A DNA stretch of 64,000 nt from assembly GCF_009834535.1 (NCBI RefSeq), contig NC_045697.1, forward strand, positions 28,026,001 to 28,090,000. The letters run 5' to 3'. This DNA comes from Camelus ferus. Its lineage: Eukaryota. Below, piece after piece: positions 11,439 through 26,626 of the stretch; within the stretch, counting starts at the first letter, position 1, and every line of letters begins with the position of its first letter. The notes beneath the pieces were generated by a model. It did no database searches and was not told the origin of the DNA. It saw nothing but the letters and a program-made list of their open reading frames with translations. The position numbers were made by a program, and so were the translations under genes.

Positions 11439-13259
11439 AAACCCTGAATGGTCTCAGGGAAGGATGTGGAATCATCCCTTGAATGGTTTTATACAAAGAA
11501 AATGTAGCAGATGCCTCCAGGCCTTTATTTATTCCTTGATTTTAGCTCTCAGAAATCTAGATAAGAATCATACATTGAGATTTGGATTTACATTATTTCC
11601 TTTTGGAAAATATGTATGTTTTTAAAGGATGGCAAGGGATATGGGCTCATTATGTAAATGTAGATAATTATATCCTGTAACTTAAATGTGTTATGGAAAC
11701 TCCTATAAGTTTCCATCGAGATGCTTGGAATTTATTGGAAGCTAGAGAGAATTCAAGTCATAGTTTTAGCAATTATTGTGCATCTTTTTTAAAAGTAATT
11801 CAGTAATAAACTTGAACTTTGTCTAATGATCTATACATGAATATATTCCTGTATGTAATTAATGTTGTAAACATTAATAATAATGTTTCTTAAGTTTCAG
11901 TGTTTTCTAGATGGTGTGTAATGACAGGTGATTCCCATTCGGTATAATTAGTCCTATATCAGTTTGGTAAATATCAGTGCTGTGATTACTTTAAGATCCC
12001 TCTGATATATAAGGTTACGGTTGACAAAATGTGACTCTGGGTTTGGGATGCACCCATGCCTTTCTCTCCCTCAGGAGGGGGACGATCAGTCATTTTAACA
12101 CTGCCCTCTACGGCTAGGTGCTTCCCTTTGGCTCTCAGATCCTCCTGTGACTTGGGACTTTTTTCTCCATATGTAAATATTGCTGCTGCCTTGAGTCTTA
12201 ACAACCTGAGGCTGCACAGGTCCTGAGGGAAATAGCCATTTTCTCCCTATGGGGAGGAAAGCGCCGTGGTGACGGCAGCCCAAGCTGCTTCTCCTTCAAG
12301 AACTCAAACAGCCACTTAGGACCATCACTAAGCTATTAATTTTCGTTCAGTTTGGGAACTCTGAGAACCGTGGGGGCCTCGAAGGAGAAAAATACTGCTC
12401 CAAAATAAAATGTAGACAAGACTATTTCTCTGTCAACCCAAGGGTGGTGTGTGTGCGTGTGTGTGTCGGGGGAGAGTGGATGAGAAGGTCAGCTCTGTAT
12501 TTACTAAATAGTTACTGAATACCCCCTGTGCTGGGCTCTAAGACAGGGATTGTCCTGCTCAGATGGAGCAAAATCGGTGCCCCTCATCCTGGCTATCTAT
12601 TCTTATGTCTTGTTTGGCCTGTTACTGCTTAAAATAACTGTCAGAGCTCTCGGGTGCCCATCCTGGTTTTCCTGCTGGCTTGCCTTTTGACTTTGACACG
12701 GCGTCTCCTGACACCTCTCACACACACAGACCGTGCTAAAGCAGTGACTGACACTTTTGAAGAGCTTCTGAAGGCTCAACTGATTTTAATTCAACAAATA
12801 GTAATTGAGCACCTGCAATGGGCTAGGTCTGTAAGGAATCAAAAAGTGAATGATGCGTACTTGCCTTGAGAAGCTTAGGAAAGAGGAAAGAGGGTAAGAC
12901 TGGGACACCATTCACAAATATATCTTGCGCTGAGAATCCCAGGTTGCTAGTTAGCTGGGGTGAGAAGCAAAAGGAGATAATAAGGCACCTGGGAGCACTT
13001 GACTTGCATTTATCTCATTTGCTCCTCACAGCAGCGCAGTGGAGAAACTGAGTCACAGAGAGGTTGGAAACTTCTCGAAGGTCACCCAACTAGGCAGTGG
13101 TGAAGCTGAGTTCAGATTGGACCCCACATCTGAGGGCTTGCAAATTCTATGCTGTTAATCACTGCATTCTCTTACAATCGGATACATGCCTACCACTTAC
13201 AGGAGCCCTGGCAGATGGGCTCTAGGACTGCAGACCACGGACTGCTGCTGTATCCATGA

Positions 13260-13633
<374 letters not shown>

Positions 13634-15995
13634 TAGCTGCTTCCTCTGTTTTCCCTGAGGTCTGCCAGTGCCTTCTTTTGATATTTCTATTTACCAGTGA
13701 CCTAGATACATCTGATCATAACTTTGGATTATGGCTTTGTTATGCTTTCTCACTTATGGAGTAGGCATAACCTTGGAACCAAAATGATAAGAACAAAATG
13801 AAATATATTTTATGTTTAAAAGGAAGGAGCTTCTTAGAAGGAACATTTTTCAGTCTGCTTTAATAGTGTCCTTTCCAACAGCTGCAAGGATAGCATCTAT
13901 TTGAGGGGGAGTGAGGGCTCTTTCTTAGAGCTGGGACAGCTGTTTTTCTGAGATGCTCTGTGTCTCTTAACCTTCAATTTGAAAAATTATAGAGCAATTC
14001 AAGTAAATATTTATTTATTTATTTAGAATCAGAAACATCCTGAAATGTTTCTAAAATGTTTCCAGGTAACTAAGACCAACATTCTCCTCCATCCCTACCT
14101 CCCAATTCCCACTCCCCTCTTTCCTTGAATAACCCTAATACCCACCTCCCCTTCCCAGGCCCTGCCTCTTAAAGAAGCTGAAGTTGCTTGTTCTTGGCAA
14201 CGAAACACTGATGGAGAATAAGGGAGAGGCACCCCAACTGAGATGAGGCAGCTAGCTAGTCTTTGGGATGAGGAACAAAAGGTTTATTTTCTGCTGTGTA
14301 CAACCAAATAACTAGTTTCTCAAGAAATATGGCTCATGTCCAATTTATTTATTTATCCATTTTTTAAAAATGGTGATTGGCCCTCATTATATACCAGGAG
14401 CTATGCTGGATGCCGGGCACAGGCTGATAAGCAAGCGGGCACAACATCCCGGAAGACGGAGGGGACTCAACAGTTGTCAGATGCACTGCCATGTGGGAAG
14501 GAGAGGGGGCTGTGCTCACACATATGAGGGTGCCTTACCCAGACTCCGGGGTCAGGGCATGCCAGAAGTGGGAGGTGACTCTTCCTCTCCTTGCTGCTTG
14601 AGGACCCCTAGACTAAGTAGGGAGAACGGAGATCAGCGAATATGTTTTAGGGGTCAGATAGCAGTACAAGTCCAGGGTGCCCATGGGGGCTGTAGGGTCA
14701 GGTATGGGACGGAGCTCTTTTGTTATCCCTGGTCTAAGGAAGGAATTCGTAGTCCCCCTCTGCTACAAGGCAGGGCCCTCTGAGTTTGTCCTCAGCATCC
14801 TCATCTTCCTTTCTGTGTGCCCTCCAGCCTTCCAGTACTCAGTTTTCCCAAGCTCCAGACACCCGCCACCAAGTCTGCCCTTACTCAAAGTCCCTGCGTC
14901 CTTCCTTCTCCCATTTTACTCTCTCCTGAAATAACCACTCATAGGATGTTAGGAGAAAAAGTGTGAAATGCTGATATCTGCTAGTCCTCCCAACATACGT
15001 ACATTTTAAAATCTGTTTGGTAGTATGATTACTGATTGTCTCCCAAATTTGGAAACAACGTCTAAATGTCCAAGATGGAGATGACTAACAAAGCATATTA
15101 CGTGAATGCACCACTTAGTGAATGCATCCAAATAAATGCACCACTCAGTGAAATCAAATGTTGCTACTGAAGTGATAATTATGAAAAATGGAAAATGCAT
15201 ATAGATAATAATGTAATCATAAAATATAGCATATTCAAACTCATGTAAGATGAGAAAAAACACAGACATATGCATATTGTAATTGTAGTTGTGTAGTTGG
15301 GTTATACGCACAGAAGCTGTTGCAAAGAAATGCAGGCAGTTCTGTTTATATGAACAGCTAATGTGAATAAATCTTAGCTGTTTTGATCTTTTTTTAAAAA
15401 GAAGAACAGTGGCTGGCAAAGGGATTTGCAAAGAGATAACTGTATAATAAAAGTTTCTAAAGCCAAAAGTATATGGAAGCCAACCTGTCTTATTTCATGA
15501 ATATACTAATTACAGGCGGTTATTGCTATTTTCTGGAAGTGTACAAGAGCCATCGACACAGCCCGAGGGGCCTGCGCTCCAGGGCTCTAGATTAAAGGAT
15601 TCCCCAGAATGGCAAGAGTATTTGACATTTTAATGGACTGCTCCAAATAATTCTGTTACTTGGGTTTAAAATTTTTTCAAACAAAAACAGCAATTGGGTC
15701 ACCTATTAATTTTTTGTCTTAGAAACATATCTATTCATATACACAGAGCCAATAAAATTAATCCCCTAATGTGCCCTGGTTTTCTTAAGCATCCTTTTAA
15801 AATAACATTATATGTCCTTCAAATTATATGACATATACCCTTCCAAGGGAAAAAAATAGGATTAAATGAATGATAAATCTCCTGATGGGAAAAATTGAGA
15901 CTTTTTATTGATTTCAATATTTGAAGATAGCGCCATGTAGGAGGTGCTGACTGCTGTGAAACAGCAAAACATAAAAATCTAATCTCACGCAATGA

Positions 15996-16160
<165 letters not shown>

Positions 16161-16577
16161 TGATTTTTTTTCTTTTGGTCAATAAAGTAAATACATTTTT
16201 ATTTATCTTTTTTATTAGATATTTTAAGGCACATGATGCAAATTTAAATGGCACAAAATAGCTGAGAGTGAAAATTGAGTTTCTAATACACCCTTTTCCC
16301 CAGCCATTCCTCATGGGAGACAACCACTGTTAACAACTTCTTATGGATTCTATCAGAGACATTGTATAGACAAATTATATAGATACAGATATAGATATGG
16401 ATATATAGATAGATGTAGCAAACATATATATGCACATATATACATATATATACATATGCACATATATACATACAACCTTTTTCAACCAAATGGTAGCATA
16501 CTAAGCATATTCCTTTGTACCTTGCTTTATTAAGTTATACTTAATCATTTCTTGAAGATTATTCCATTAATGCCATT

Positions 16578-16935
16578 TGTCTTAGTCCATTCCGGCTGCT
16601 GTAACAGAATACCATAGACCGATGGCTCATAAACAACAAACATTTATTTCTCAAAGTTCTGGAGTCTGGGAAGTCCAAGATCAAAGCCCCAGCAGATTCG
16701 GTGTCTGGCTTTCTGATTTATAGATGGCAGTTTTCATGCAGTTTCTTCACATGGTGGAAGAAGGTGATAAAGCTCTCTTAGTCCTCTTTTAGAAGGGCAC
16801 ACTAATCCCATTCATGAGGGCTCCACCCTCATGACCTGGTCATCTCCCAGAGGCCCCACCTCCTAATACCATCACACTGGGGATTAGAGTTCAACATATG
16901 AATTTTGGGGAAACACAAACATTCAGCCTATAGCA
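16578..16935 (-). mobile_element. MLT1A/B-type solo LTR
   Basis: tgtcttagtccattccggctgctgtaacag...aacatatgaattttggggaaacacaaacattcagcctatagca. Confidence 0.85.
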
Positions 16936-18719
16936 CCACCATATTCCAGCTCTCCCACTTTCTAGCTCCATGACCTTGAGTAGGTGACTTAACCCTTCTC
17001 TGCCTGAGATTACTCACCTGTACACTGGGGTAACAGCAATAACTACTGATAGCTCCGTTGCAAGGATTAACTGGGTTAGAATAGAACCTGACTCTTAGTA
17101 AGCCCCCACGAATGTTAGTTATTGTTGTTGTTATTGTTATGTGTCAGTATGATAGTTAGAAATTGTATCTCATTGGAATTTTAATTTATGTTTCTCTTAC
17201 TCTGGCGCAGGGTTGGGCTTCTCTTCTCACACTTCCAGCTCTGAAGTTTTCTTCTGTGAGAAATATGATATGAACAAGTTATTTTATATTTTGATCACTT
17301 GTAGTAGCCAAGAAAGTTTTAAATAATATTTCTCATTTTTCCAAATATAAAACTCTAACATTGAACTTGCCCTTTCAGCTGGTATATGCCCAGCCCAGAC
17401 ACCACAGTGCAAGCACAAGTTCAAGCACCCCCCTCCCCCTTCCCCCTTAAAAGTCTGATACACCGGGTCTCTCTGTGTCTTACCAAAATCAGGAGCAGCA
17501 GACGCAGGATTTTGTGAATTTCACAGGCAGGACAAACATATCTTCTATGGCTCAGTGCTGGGAAGCCATGAAGGAGTTGTGTCTGACAACAGGTTAGTGG
17601 TATCCCCTGAAAAGTTTGGTTTTTAGGTTATTTCTCCTTGGCTCTTCCAGAATAACCCACATATAACCCCTCTGATATCATAGCCCAGGTAGGAACTTGG
17701 CAGGATCAGCTAGACCACTACCCACTATGGATCCTTAAAGAAGAAAATAGATTTTGTGTTAAGCAGGCAATTAACACCAGATGTTGTAAAAATACGAAGT
17801 GAAACAAAACCAAAAATAATAATAATAACCCAAGTATCAACATGGCTTAGAAGGAGAAAGGTTTATCTTTCATTCCTGTGGTGTGAGTGTTCCTGTTCAG
17901 GTGGCTCCTCTGGGCAGCTCTCTTCTGAGCCTGCATCTTGTGGCTCCACCATCTTAAAATCCTTTACTTGCAGCCTCATAGAAAGGGGAGGGACATGTGT
18001 GGATAGCCATATGGGACAATTTAGGACTAGCCGTGGAAATAGCATACATCACTTTTACCCTCATTCCTTTGGCCAAAACTTATCACATATTCTACCTAAT
18101 TCGACTCAGGAGGACTGAAAAATATCATTTAGCTATGTGTCTAGGAGGAAAAGGATATTCAGTAAGCACTCAGAAATATTTTTGCTGCAAGATTTTATAT
18201 ATATATATAGAGAGAGAGAGAGACATGCATAGATATATATATTATATATACACACTTATACATACATCTAAACATGTATGTGTACATACATAAATTTGTA
18301 CATATATATAAATTTGCTTCTAGTCAAGAAGGAGATAATGTGATGGAAAATGTGACCAGTCCAGAAGCTGGCTAACTCTGTGGCATCTTTGACTTAAATT
18401 TACACACTTGTAAAGCGAAGACTTAGACCTGGTCCATTTTCTAGATTACCATAGTTTTTGTGGCACCTTCATAATTTTTATCACATCTGCATTCAATCTA
18501 CCGCTAAAAAGCAAATAGCAGTGCTCATAGAAATGTGTCACCCAAGAATCCACACGGTAGATGTGAACACTTGCAATGTTTGTCATGACACATCTGAAAC
18601 GTGTGCAGGGAGTGTGGTACAGAACATTCTGGGGCACATCTGAGTGTTGCACCTGTAATTCACATGGCCACCTTACACTGATTGCCACATTACCCACTTC
18701 AGTCTCCTTCCAAATGATA

Positions 18720-19410
18720 ATTTATTGTTCATTTATTCATTCCACAACACAATCCACGAATGCGTTTTGAATGTCCACTACGTGCCAGGCACCATTCTAA
18801 GCACTTGAGATACACCCGTGGTTTTTATGGATAAATATCCCTGTCACTATGGAGATTTTGTCTAGTGAGGAGGGACAAACAAATAATAAACATTACCTCA
18901 TATTTTAGAAGATGATGAGTGCTGTGGGAAAAAAAAGAAAAAGAGAAGAGGGTAATCAGGAACACGGGAGTGAGGGGCAGGTTAAGTATTAAGTCAGATT
19001 GTGAGGGGGGACCTCATGGAGATGATGCCATGTGAGCAAACACTTGAAGGAGATGAGGGGCTTAGCTATGCAGAATCTGGATGAAGCATATTCCAGGCAG
19101 AAAGAGCAGTTTGTGCAAAGGCCCTGAGGCAGCAGTGTCTGATATGAACAAGAAAGAGCAAGGATGCTATGTGGTAGGAGAGGAGTGAGCCAGGATGAGA
19201 GTTGTTGAAGATGAGGCCAGAGTAGTAATGGGGAGCAGGTGATGGTAGATCATGAGGGCATTTTTAAGGACCTTGGCCTTTACTGTTAATGAAATGGGGA
19301 GACTTTTGCAGTATTTTGAAGTTAGGATCTGAGTTTAAAAGTATCACTCTAGTTACTGTGTTGAAAATAGACTGGGCTAGGGGAGGGTCAAGGGCAGGGA
19401 GACCAGTTAG
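18720..19410 (-). mobile_element. L2 fragment (interrupted by an LTR16-like element at ~19415-19850, resumes to ~20070)
   Basis: ctacgtgccaggcaccattctaagcac...gtgcaaaggccctgaggcag...gcagggagaccagttag. Confidence 0.7.
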
Positions 19411-21622
19411 AGTGTGTATCAGTCTAGATCCTCCCAGAAGCAGATGCCAAGATGATCTTAAATGTGTGAGGATTTTATTAGGGGAAATGACAATGTGAGA
19501 GAAAATTGTAGGGGTTGGGAGTGTCCAGGAAGACTGGGAGAGCCATCGTGGGAGACACTATGATGCAAGTCCCCAGTGAAGGGGAGAGGGAGGAGACCAG
19601 GTGGAAGAGGAAGTGTCCTGTACTGTCTAAGAAAGGTTTGGCAAAGCCATGGGAGGGTCTTTCAGTTGAAGTCTGCTGACAGAGGAGTTCCCATCTCCCA
19701 GGAACAGGTCTGCCCTACAGACCCTGCTGCACCAGTGCTTGGCAGGGAGAGGTTGTGGGAGGCATGGCCTCGGTCAGAATGAGGGATGGATTTCAAAGCG
19801 CAGCATCTGGGGCCCTTGCTCATTTATGCTCCACTCTCACAGCCTCCTCTGGAGGTACAAGCAGTTATCTAAGGAAGGGATCGCGGTGGCTCAGAGCAGT
19901 GTGAAGCCAGGAAGGTAGTGATGAGTGGCTGACTCTGGGTATGGTTTGAAGGTCAATCCAGAGTTCCTGGTGGATCGAACCTGGGGTATGAGATAAAAGG
20001 AGGAGGCATAATTACTCCAGTGTTTTTGCTTGAGCAGCTAGAAGGATGAAGCTGCCACCAACTGAGACAGGAGATCAGTTATGTTTTTCCTAATCCACAC
20101 TAAGTAACTGTAAACATCAGAAATGTTCATCCACACCTGCCCGAAGTTTCTTACGTATTCTATCTCGCTGTTTGAATAACATGGGGGCAGGGTGGTTCTC
20201 AGGTCCCACCGATATCTAAGTTTCCAGAGCTGCCCTTCTGTCCTGAAGTCTTCCATGCCAGGATCACTTCCTGCTGTTTAAACCCACCTCCTCTTCTTCT
20301 CCAGAGGGAACGTGGAGGCAGCATCCTGAAAGCCACTTAGTTCTTCTTTAAGCCACTTTAATTTCACTCTCCGTTTCTTGAGTGAATTCAGATCATTCTG
20401 GAGTGACATTTTCCCTTTACCTTCTATTTCATCTCTTTCCCCCTCTGATCTGAAGTGCAGATTTAAAGATGCAAGTTGGTGTAGAGAAAGGAAGCAATTT
20501 CAGTGTCACTTTCTAACTTTTATTTCCTCACCACCAAGCCAGTGAGATCAGCAGGGATAATAGGGTCTTACTGTAAGTGTTAAAAATTCCTGGGAGTGAT
20601 TTGATGGGGTTGTTTTGAAAACTTTAAAATTCAGATCTTGTACTTACTTAGCCTTGAAAACAGACAGGAGGGAGAATTCCTTCTGCAGCCCAGGGGGTTT
20701 TGGGTTAACACCACAAGAACCCAAAAAGAGAATGAGGCTGATCGTTTTATTGACACATAATAAAAAACAAAATCTATTCTTTCATGATCTTCCCCTTGTG
20801 ACCTTGTGGTGGCCAGTGCATTTATGGTGCTCTTTACAGATATTAAAGACCCCTGTAAACTGAATACTGCAGTAACCTTGATGAGGGATCAAGTAAAAGA
20901 TGCTTAGAATCAAAGAAAGCAAATGCAGGAAATTAGGAGGGGTTGGTGGACATGTGTTCATTTTATTGTCTTCTTATTTAATCAACAGAAAAATAACTGG
21001 AGAAAAATGATCAACCTGGAGAGGAACTCAGTTCACAGTGATACTTCTCAAAACCAGTCTATCTAAGAATTGAGGAGCTAACATTCTTACTTATATTCCG
21101 TATATGTTGAGGAATACACTATGAGTTAATATTTTACTAATTTTTTTCACCAAAGGTGTTGAATAACCACACACAAAATTTTAAAAATAACTCAGAGAAG
21201 ATCAGACCTGCTTGTTTCTGCTTTGGAGTCTGCCTTGGTGCACAGATTGCCATGATTCCTGCCACAATAGATTAAACTTCCCCAATGTACATAAATGTGC
21301 TCATTATAGAAAATTTGGACATTAAAAAAATACAATTCATCACACACATGGAAAACACTTTAGTGGAAACCACTGTTCAGCTTTTGCTTTGCTTCTTTCT
21401 GATCCTATTCCTAGGTGTAGAATTGTTGCTTTGTTGTGTTGTGTATGTATGAACAGGAAAAGTTCGAAGTGGAATATTACGTAAAAAATTGAGTAAAAAT
21501 CAATCAAAAAATCTTTTTTAAGAAATTCCAAAGTGACTAAAGCCTACTTTTCGCAAGTACCACGTCAGTGCTCACCGCCCTGTGTCTCAGGCAGGAAGTG
21601 GGGCTTGTGAGCCTACGTCTAG

Positions 21623-21889
<267 letters not shown>

Positions 21890-22421
21890 TAGAGCCTCGT
21901 AACTGTGCTGAGGTCACAAGTACTGTCCAGCCTGATGACCCGTTCAGGTTCTATATTATTTCCTCCCTGTCCTGTGCTGAGCTGTTCCCCCTCACCAGCC
22001 CCCAGAGGGCCAGCATGGACGGAGTCATCACTACCCCCACCTCATGGTGCAGAGGGCTGCTCAAAACTGCTGTCAGGTGCCTGGCCTGGGCCTCCCTTTG
22101 GTGATACCTGGGTCAGAGGTGCCCCCGCACCAGGGCCACACCTTCATTCCTACCTAGTGGAAAAAAAGCAGCTGGTGTTTCTCCCAGAGGGCAGAGTTTT
22201 AATATATTTACTTTCATGGGCGATATAGTTATTTATTCACTCATTTGTTAGAATGCCTGGGCCACAGAGGGCAGGATTCCTTTACTGGGGGTTAAAGTTC
22301 TACTTAGGATCGCTCGTGAACGGAACCCCGGGAAATTACCTAACAGTCCTGCTCATTCCCACTGTCCTATCGGGACCCCCAAGAAAACAAAACAAGAGTA
22401 GAAGTCAGCAGGATTGGTGAC

Positions 22422-22633
22422 TTTTTTTTAATTGAAGTATAATTGATTTACAATGTTGTGTTAGTTTCAGGTATACAGCAAAGTGATTCAGTTGTGTGTG
22501 TGTGTGTGTGTATGTGTATACATATTCTTTTTCAGGTTCTTTTCCATTACAGGTGATTACAGACTATTGAATACAGTTCCTTGTGCTATACCATAGGACC
22601 TTGTAGTTTATCTATTTTATACATAGTAGTATG
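22422..22633 (-). mobile_element. L1 3' end containing a (TG)n run
   Basis: ttaattgaagtataattgatttacaatgttgtgttagtttcagg...; TSD-like tggtga(c/t)tt flanks. Confidence 0.8.
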
Positions 22634-24441
22634 TGGTGATTTCTTTTTTTTAAAGGATCTATGTGATGTGAGTGTGTTTGTGTGTGTCCCAGATGTGCGT
22701 GTGTCCCCAAATGTGTGTGTTTTTATTTAGCAAACACTTATGTGTGTTTATATAACCACTAATTTATATAATCACTAATCTAAGCACTTCAAAACTATTA
22801 ATTCATTTAATTGCATATACAGCTCTTTTGTGTGAATGTCAAGCTGACTGTACTCTGGAATGTTTTTCCAGTGGAGGCCACAAGGCAGTACCTCTGGGCC
22901 CTCTGTGAGGGGCCACGGGGATCCCAGTGATGCTGGGGAAAGGCAGGTCCTCGCTCACGAAGCTGATCTTGGAAGTGAGCCTTACAGGGGAGCAGTGATT
23001 TTTGACTCTTTCTAGGCTTTGTCTTCTTATGTTTGGACTTTGAGGAAGTTGAGACATTTTTGAAGCCCAACTAGTGAGAGAAAGATGACCTCTGCCACCA
23101 AGAACCAACAGGATAGACACCACCCCCCCACCAAGATTATAGAGTTACAAGTTACTACCTGTGTTTATTTCCTCTTTTGTTATCCATAAGGCATCACTGA
23201 CAGTCTCATGGTTAAACTGTTAACGGATAACTTTTTTAAAGCAAGATCATACAAATATCAAATGAACACAAATCAAAGGATTTATTTCACTCTTTAATTA
23301 AATGAAAGAATCAGATATGTTATAACCAGTTCAAAGGAAAAGCCAAAGAAGCACAAATTCATATGGAATAAAGCAATTTTGAAATGAATGTACAGATGGG
23401 CACAAGTCTGGCTTTTCTATGGGAGGGGAGGTTGTCCCTCCACTGGGCAAAATTCATTCACGTGTCTAAAGACAAGAATTATTTTGCACTGCTCTCAGCT
23501 ACCTACACTTTACAGTTATAAAATTATTCCCGTGGAATCAGAGCCTGGCAGTCTAGGAAGGTGAGCTCTAGAAAAAGCAGTTTTCCACTGAAGCACCAAT
23601 TTTTCCCTACAAAAGCAGGGTTTGTGGTGGGGGAGGTCATACATTATGTGATCCAGTCCACTCAGTAGCTGTATGATTTTGGACTTATCTTACCTCAATA
23701 TCCTTATCGATGAAATGGGAATGATAGTAATCTACTTCATAAAATTATATTAAAAGAATTAAATGAGATAATCCATGTGAAGCTAGTGTCAGCAGGCCTG
23801 GTACAAATAAACCGGTCAATAAATGTTAGCTGCCATTTTATGCATATATATATATATATATATATATATGTTGGTGACATTTTATTTTTATATGCATTCC
23901 TATGTTTTATAAATATGTGTGTGTGTATTATTATTATATAAAACATTATGGAGGACATGGCTCCTCAAAGCGTTCATGGTAGCGGAGAGACGTTCCACTC
24001 TGGCCGGTTCTATCAGATGTGAAACAGCCCCAGGCCCCTAGAAAGAGCCCAGCGGTCTGCTGTTGCCAGGAAGGAGGTTTGGTCCCTGGAGGGGCGCGTT
24101 TCCCTCTGTCTGCATACTCCTCCCACAAGCTCTGCTTTTGTTCTCCAGCCTGGAGAGGTTTGTAGTTTTCATAGTAAGAAATGCAGAATTTTTCCTTGGC
24201 TTAGTAATGATAAAGTTACTGGGTGCTATGATAAATAGTCCCAAAAATATATGGATCAAAAACAGCAGGAGTTACCCTCACTCCTGTAAGTCCAAGATGT
24301 GGGTGCCTGGTGGGCAGGCAGCTTTCCAGCATCGAGGAATCCAGAAGCCAGGCCCTGTTCACCTTGTTCATGGTGCGGCTCCACTAGGCCCATCCTAATG
24401 TTCACAGGCTTCTGGTAAGAATACCAATGGAGACCCATACA

Positions 24442-24631
24442 GGGGTTGTCAGATTCAGCAAATGAAAATGCAGGATGACTACATTTTAACTTTAGATAAA
24501 CAAGGACTACTGTTTAGTATTAATATGTCCTGTGCAGTATTTGAGACACACGCTTCTACTAAGAAAACATTTGATGTTTGTCTAGAATTCAAATTCAATT
24601 AGATGTCCTAGATTTTTAGCTGGCAACCCTA
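24442..24631. mobile_element. MER53 hAT-type MITE (palindromic)
   Basis: Termini gggttgtcaga / ctggcaaccct, internal inverted arms (tagataaacaa / gtttgtctaga); matches recalled MER53 consensus. Confidence 0.8.
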
Positions 24632-26626
24632 CACATACCCAATATTTAAAACTTAAAGAAGTTTTGGAAACCAACCATTAAAGAAAATATATTCTGTTGT
24701 CTTTCCTTGACAAATACACCTTCACAATGGCCTGAAAAGCCAGGTTCCCATCTAGAATTCTCAGATTTCCACACCACCCTCCTGCCTGCTCTCTTCCCTT
24801 TGTCTCCAGCTGTTTCTCACCTCAAGGAGCCTCGTCAGCACGCGTGAGGATAAACCTTGACCGGGAAGTGATACACATCTCCTCTGCTAACCTTCGAGGA
24901 AGGAATTATCATTCCTTCTCAGGGAAAAGATTTATAAGGCAGGCTTTCTACCCTTGTGTCCCTGACAACACTTAAGCATGGTGTGAAGCATGTAGTCAGC
25001 ATTCTGCAAATATTTATTGAGGAGTGCATGGTTATTTATTATTTATTATTGGCTTGAAGTCAAGATTCAGTGCACATCATCTTGGCATAATGGAATGAAC
25101 TTGGAGGAAGCAAAAGAGATGCCTTCATAGAAAGATGCTGACCAAGAGGACTAAGGGGAACCCTTCCTGGGGGATGCCAAAAGCATAAAACCCCAATGCA
25201 TTCACTCCCAGAGGATGGTCACCCTCAAAAGACGTGGAGAAACCAGGAGGTCCCACCTGTGTGTATACATTTTCACTAAGTGTTGTAGTTGAATACATTT
25301 CTTCAATTACCTTTTTTTCTTTACTCTTAGAAAACTGCTGCTTAGAAAATATATCTGTACTGTAGGAATGTGATGTGAGCGTATCTAGGATCATGAGCTC
25401 TATGCATGCGTGTATGAGCTGAAATGAAGACTCTGGAAAGGTCAGGGCAGAAAGGCGTGGTGGCGGCCACCATGCAGGGTGTATTTGCTTCCACCTTCTG
25501 GACTCCGTGCCTGTGGGTTTTGTGTTGATGGCTTCCCACCACGCTTCCTCTCAGAGCCTTGGCGATCGTTGCATTATATCCTGATGACGAGCATTAGCAG
25601 CTTTCAGGAAAGTGGCATCCTGGCATCGAGGACACCCTCTCTAACTCTCTCACTTATCCTGATGTGCGAATCCACTACTGTGATGAATAATAAAACATCA
25701 TCCAAAGAATATGGCAGCTTCTCTGTGGGCTGTTCTTCTAGAGCAAGTGTTTGGCCTGCAGAGTGAAAAAATTAAAACCTTGCTACTTTAGAGTCAGACT
25801 TCACTTTTCATACGGTTCTCCATGCACTGTGACCATTTTGGACTTTCAAATCAGTCTTCAGATTCACAGAGGATGACTGGCCATCTGTACAAATAATGTT
25901 TAAGTATTTATGAAGGATAGTTTCAAAAGAGGGGTTCTGAAGACACTGAGCAGGGAGGACCAGTTCAAGCATCATCCTCTGTGCAGTGTCCCCATGCACC
26001 CTCTCACCTCCCCAAGAGGCCCTGCAGCCCCCTTGCTGGCGCGCCCACCGTCACTGCACTCACACCTGGTGTGGCTGTTACCAGTTCACAAGGGCCTCCC
26101 TCCTTGAGACTGCAAGATCGTTGAGAAGAAAAGTGTGTCTCATACATTTTTGTAACCCCAGTACAATAACACATTCAGCACGTGTATTTGTATGTATATC
26201 TGTAATATGCATATAACATTTATTTATTTATAACTTGTTTGCATACATGTTTGTTTACATTATATATATAAGGTATTGACCATCACTATAAGCATCACTA
26301 CAAGTACTCTTAAGTACCTCATTTCATTTAACCTTCAAAACAATCTTGCTAAGGTAGATGCTGTTAGTTCTCATGTTATAGCTACGGGAACTGAGGCATA
26401 GAAAGCTTAAATAAATTACCCAAGGTCACATAACTAGTAAGTGAAGAGCTGATATTTGAATCCAGGGTTAACTCTGAAGTGTGTTTTTAGTCGCTGTGGT
26501 AGAAGAGCGACCACGACCATTTATTTAGTATCTGTTGTGTGTACATGCAATGTTCTTCCCATTTGTTCTTGCATTTACCCCACAAGGATCACAATGAAGT
26601 GTGGATCTCACTTTAAAATAGAAAAC

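Noticed and set aside
15928..15945. CTCF-like motif (ctcctacatggcgcta on the - strand) near an exon
   Set aside because: Mismatches at core consensus positions; not supportable without ChIP data.
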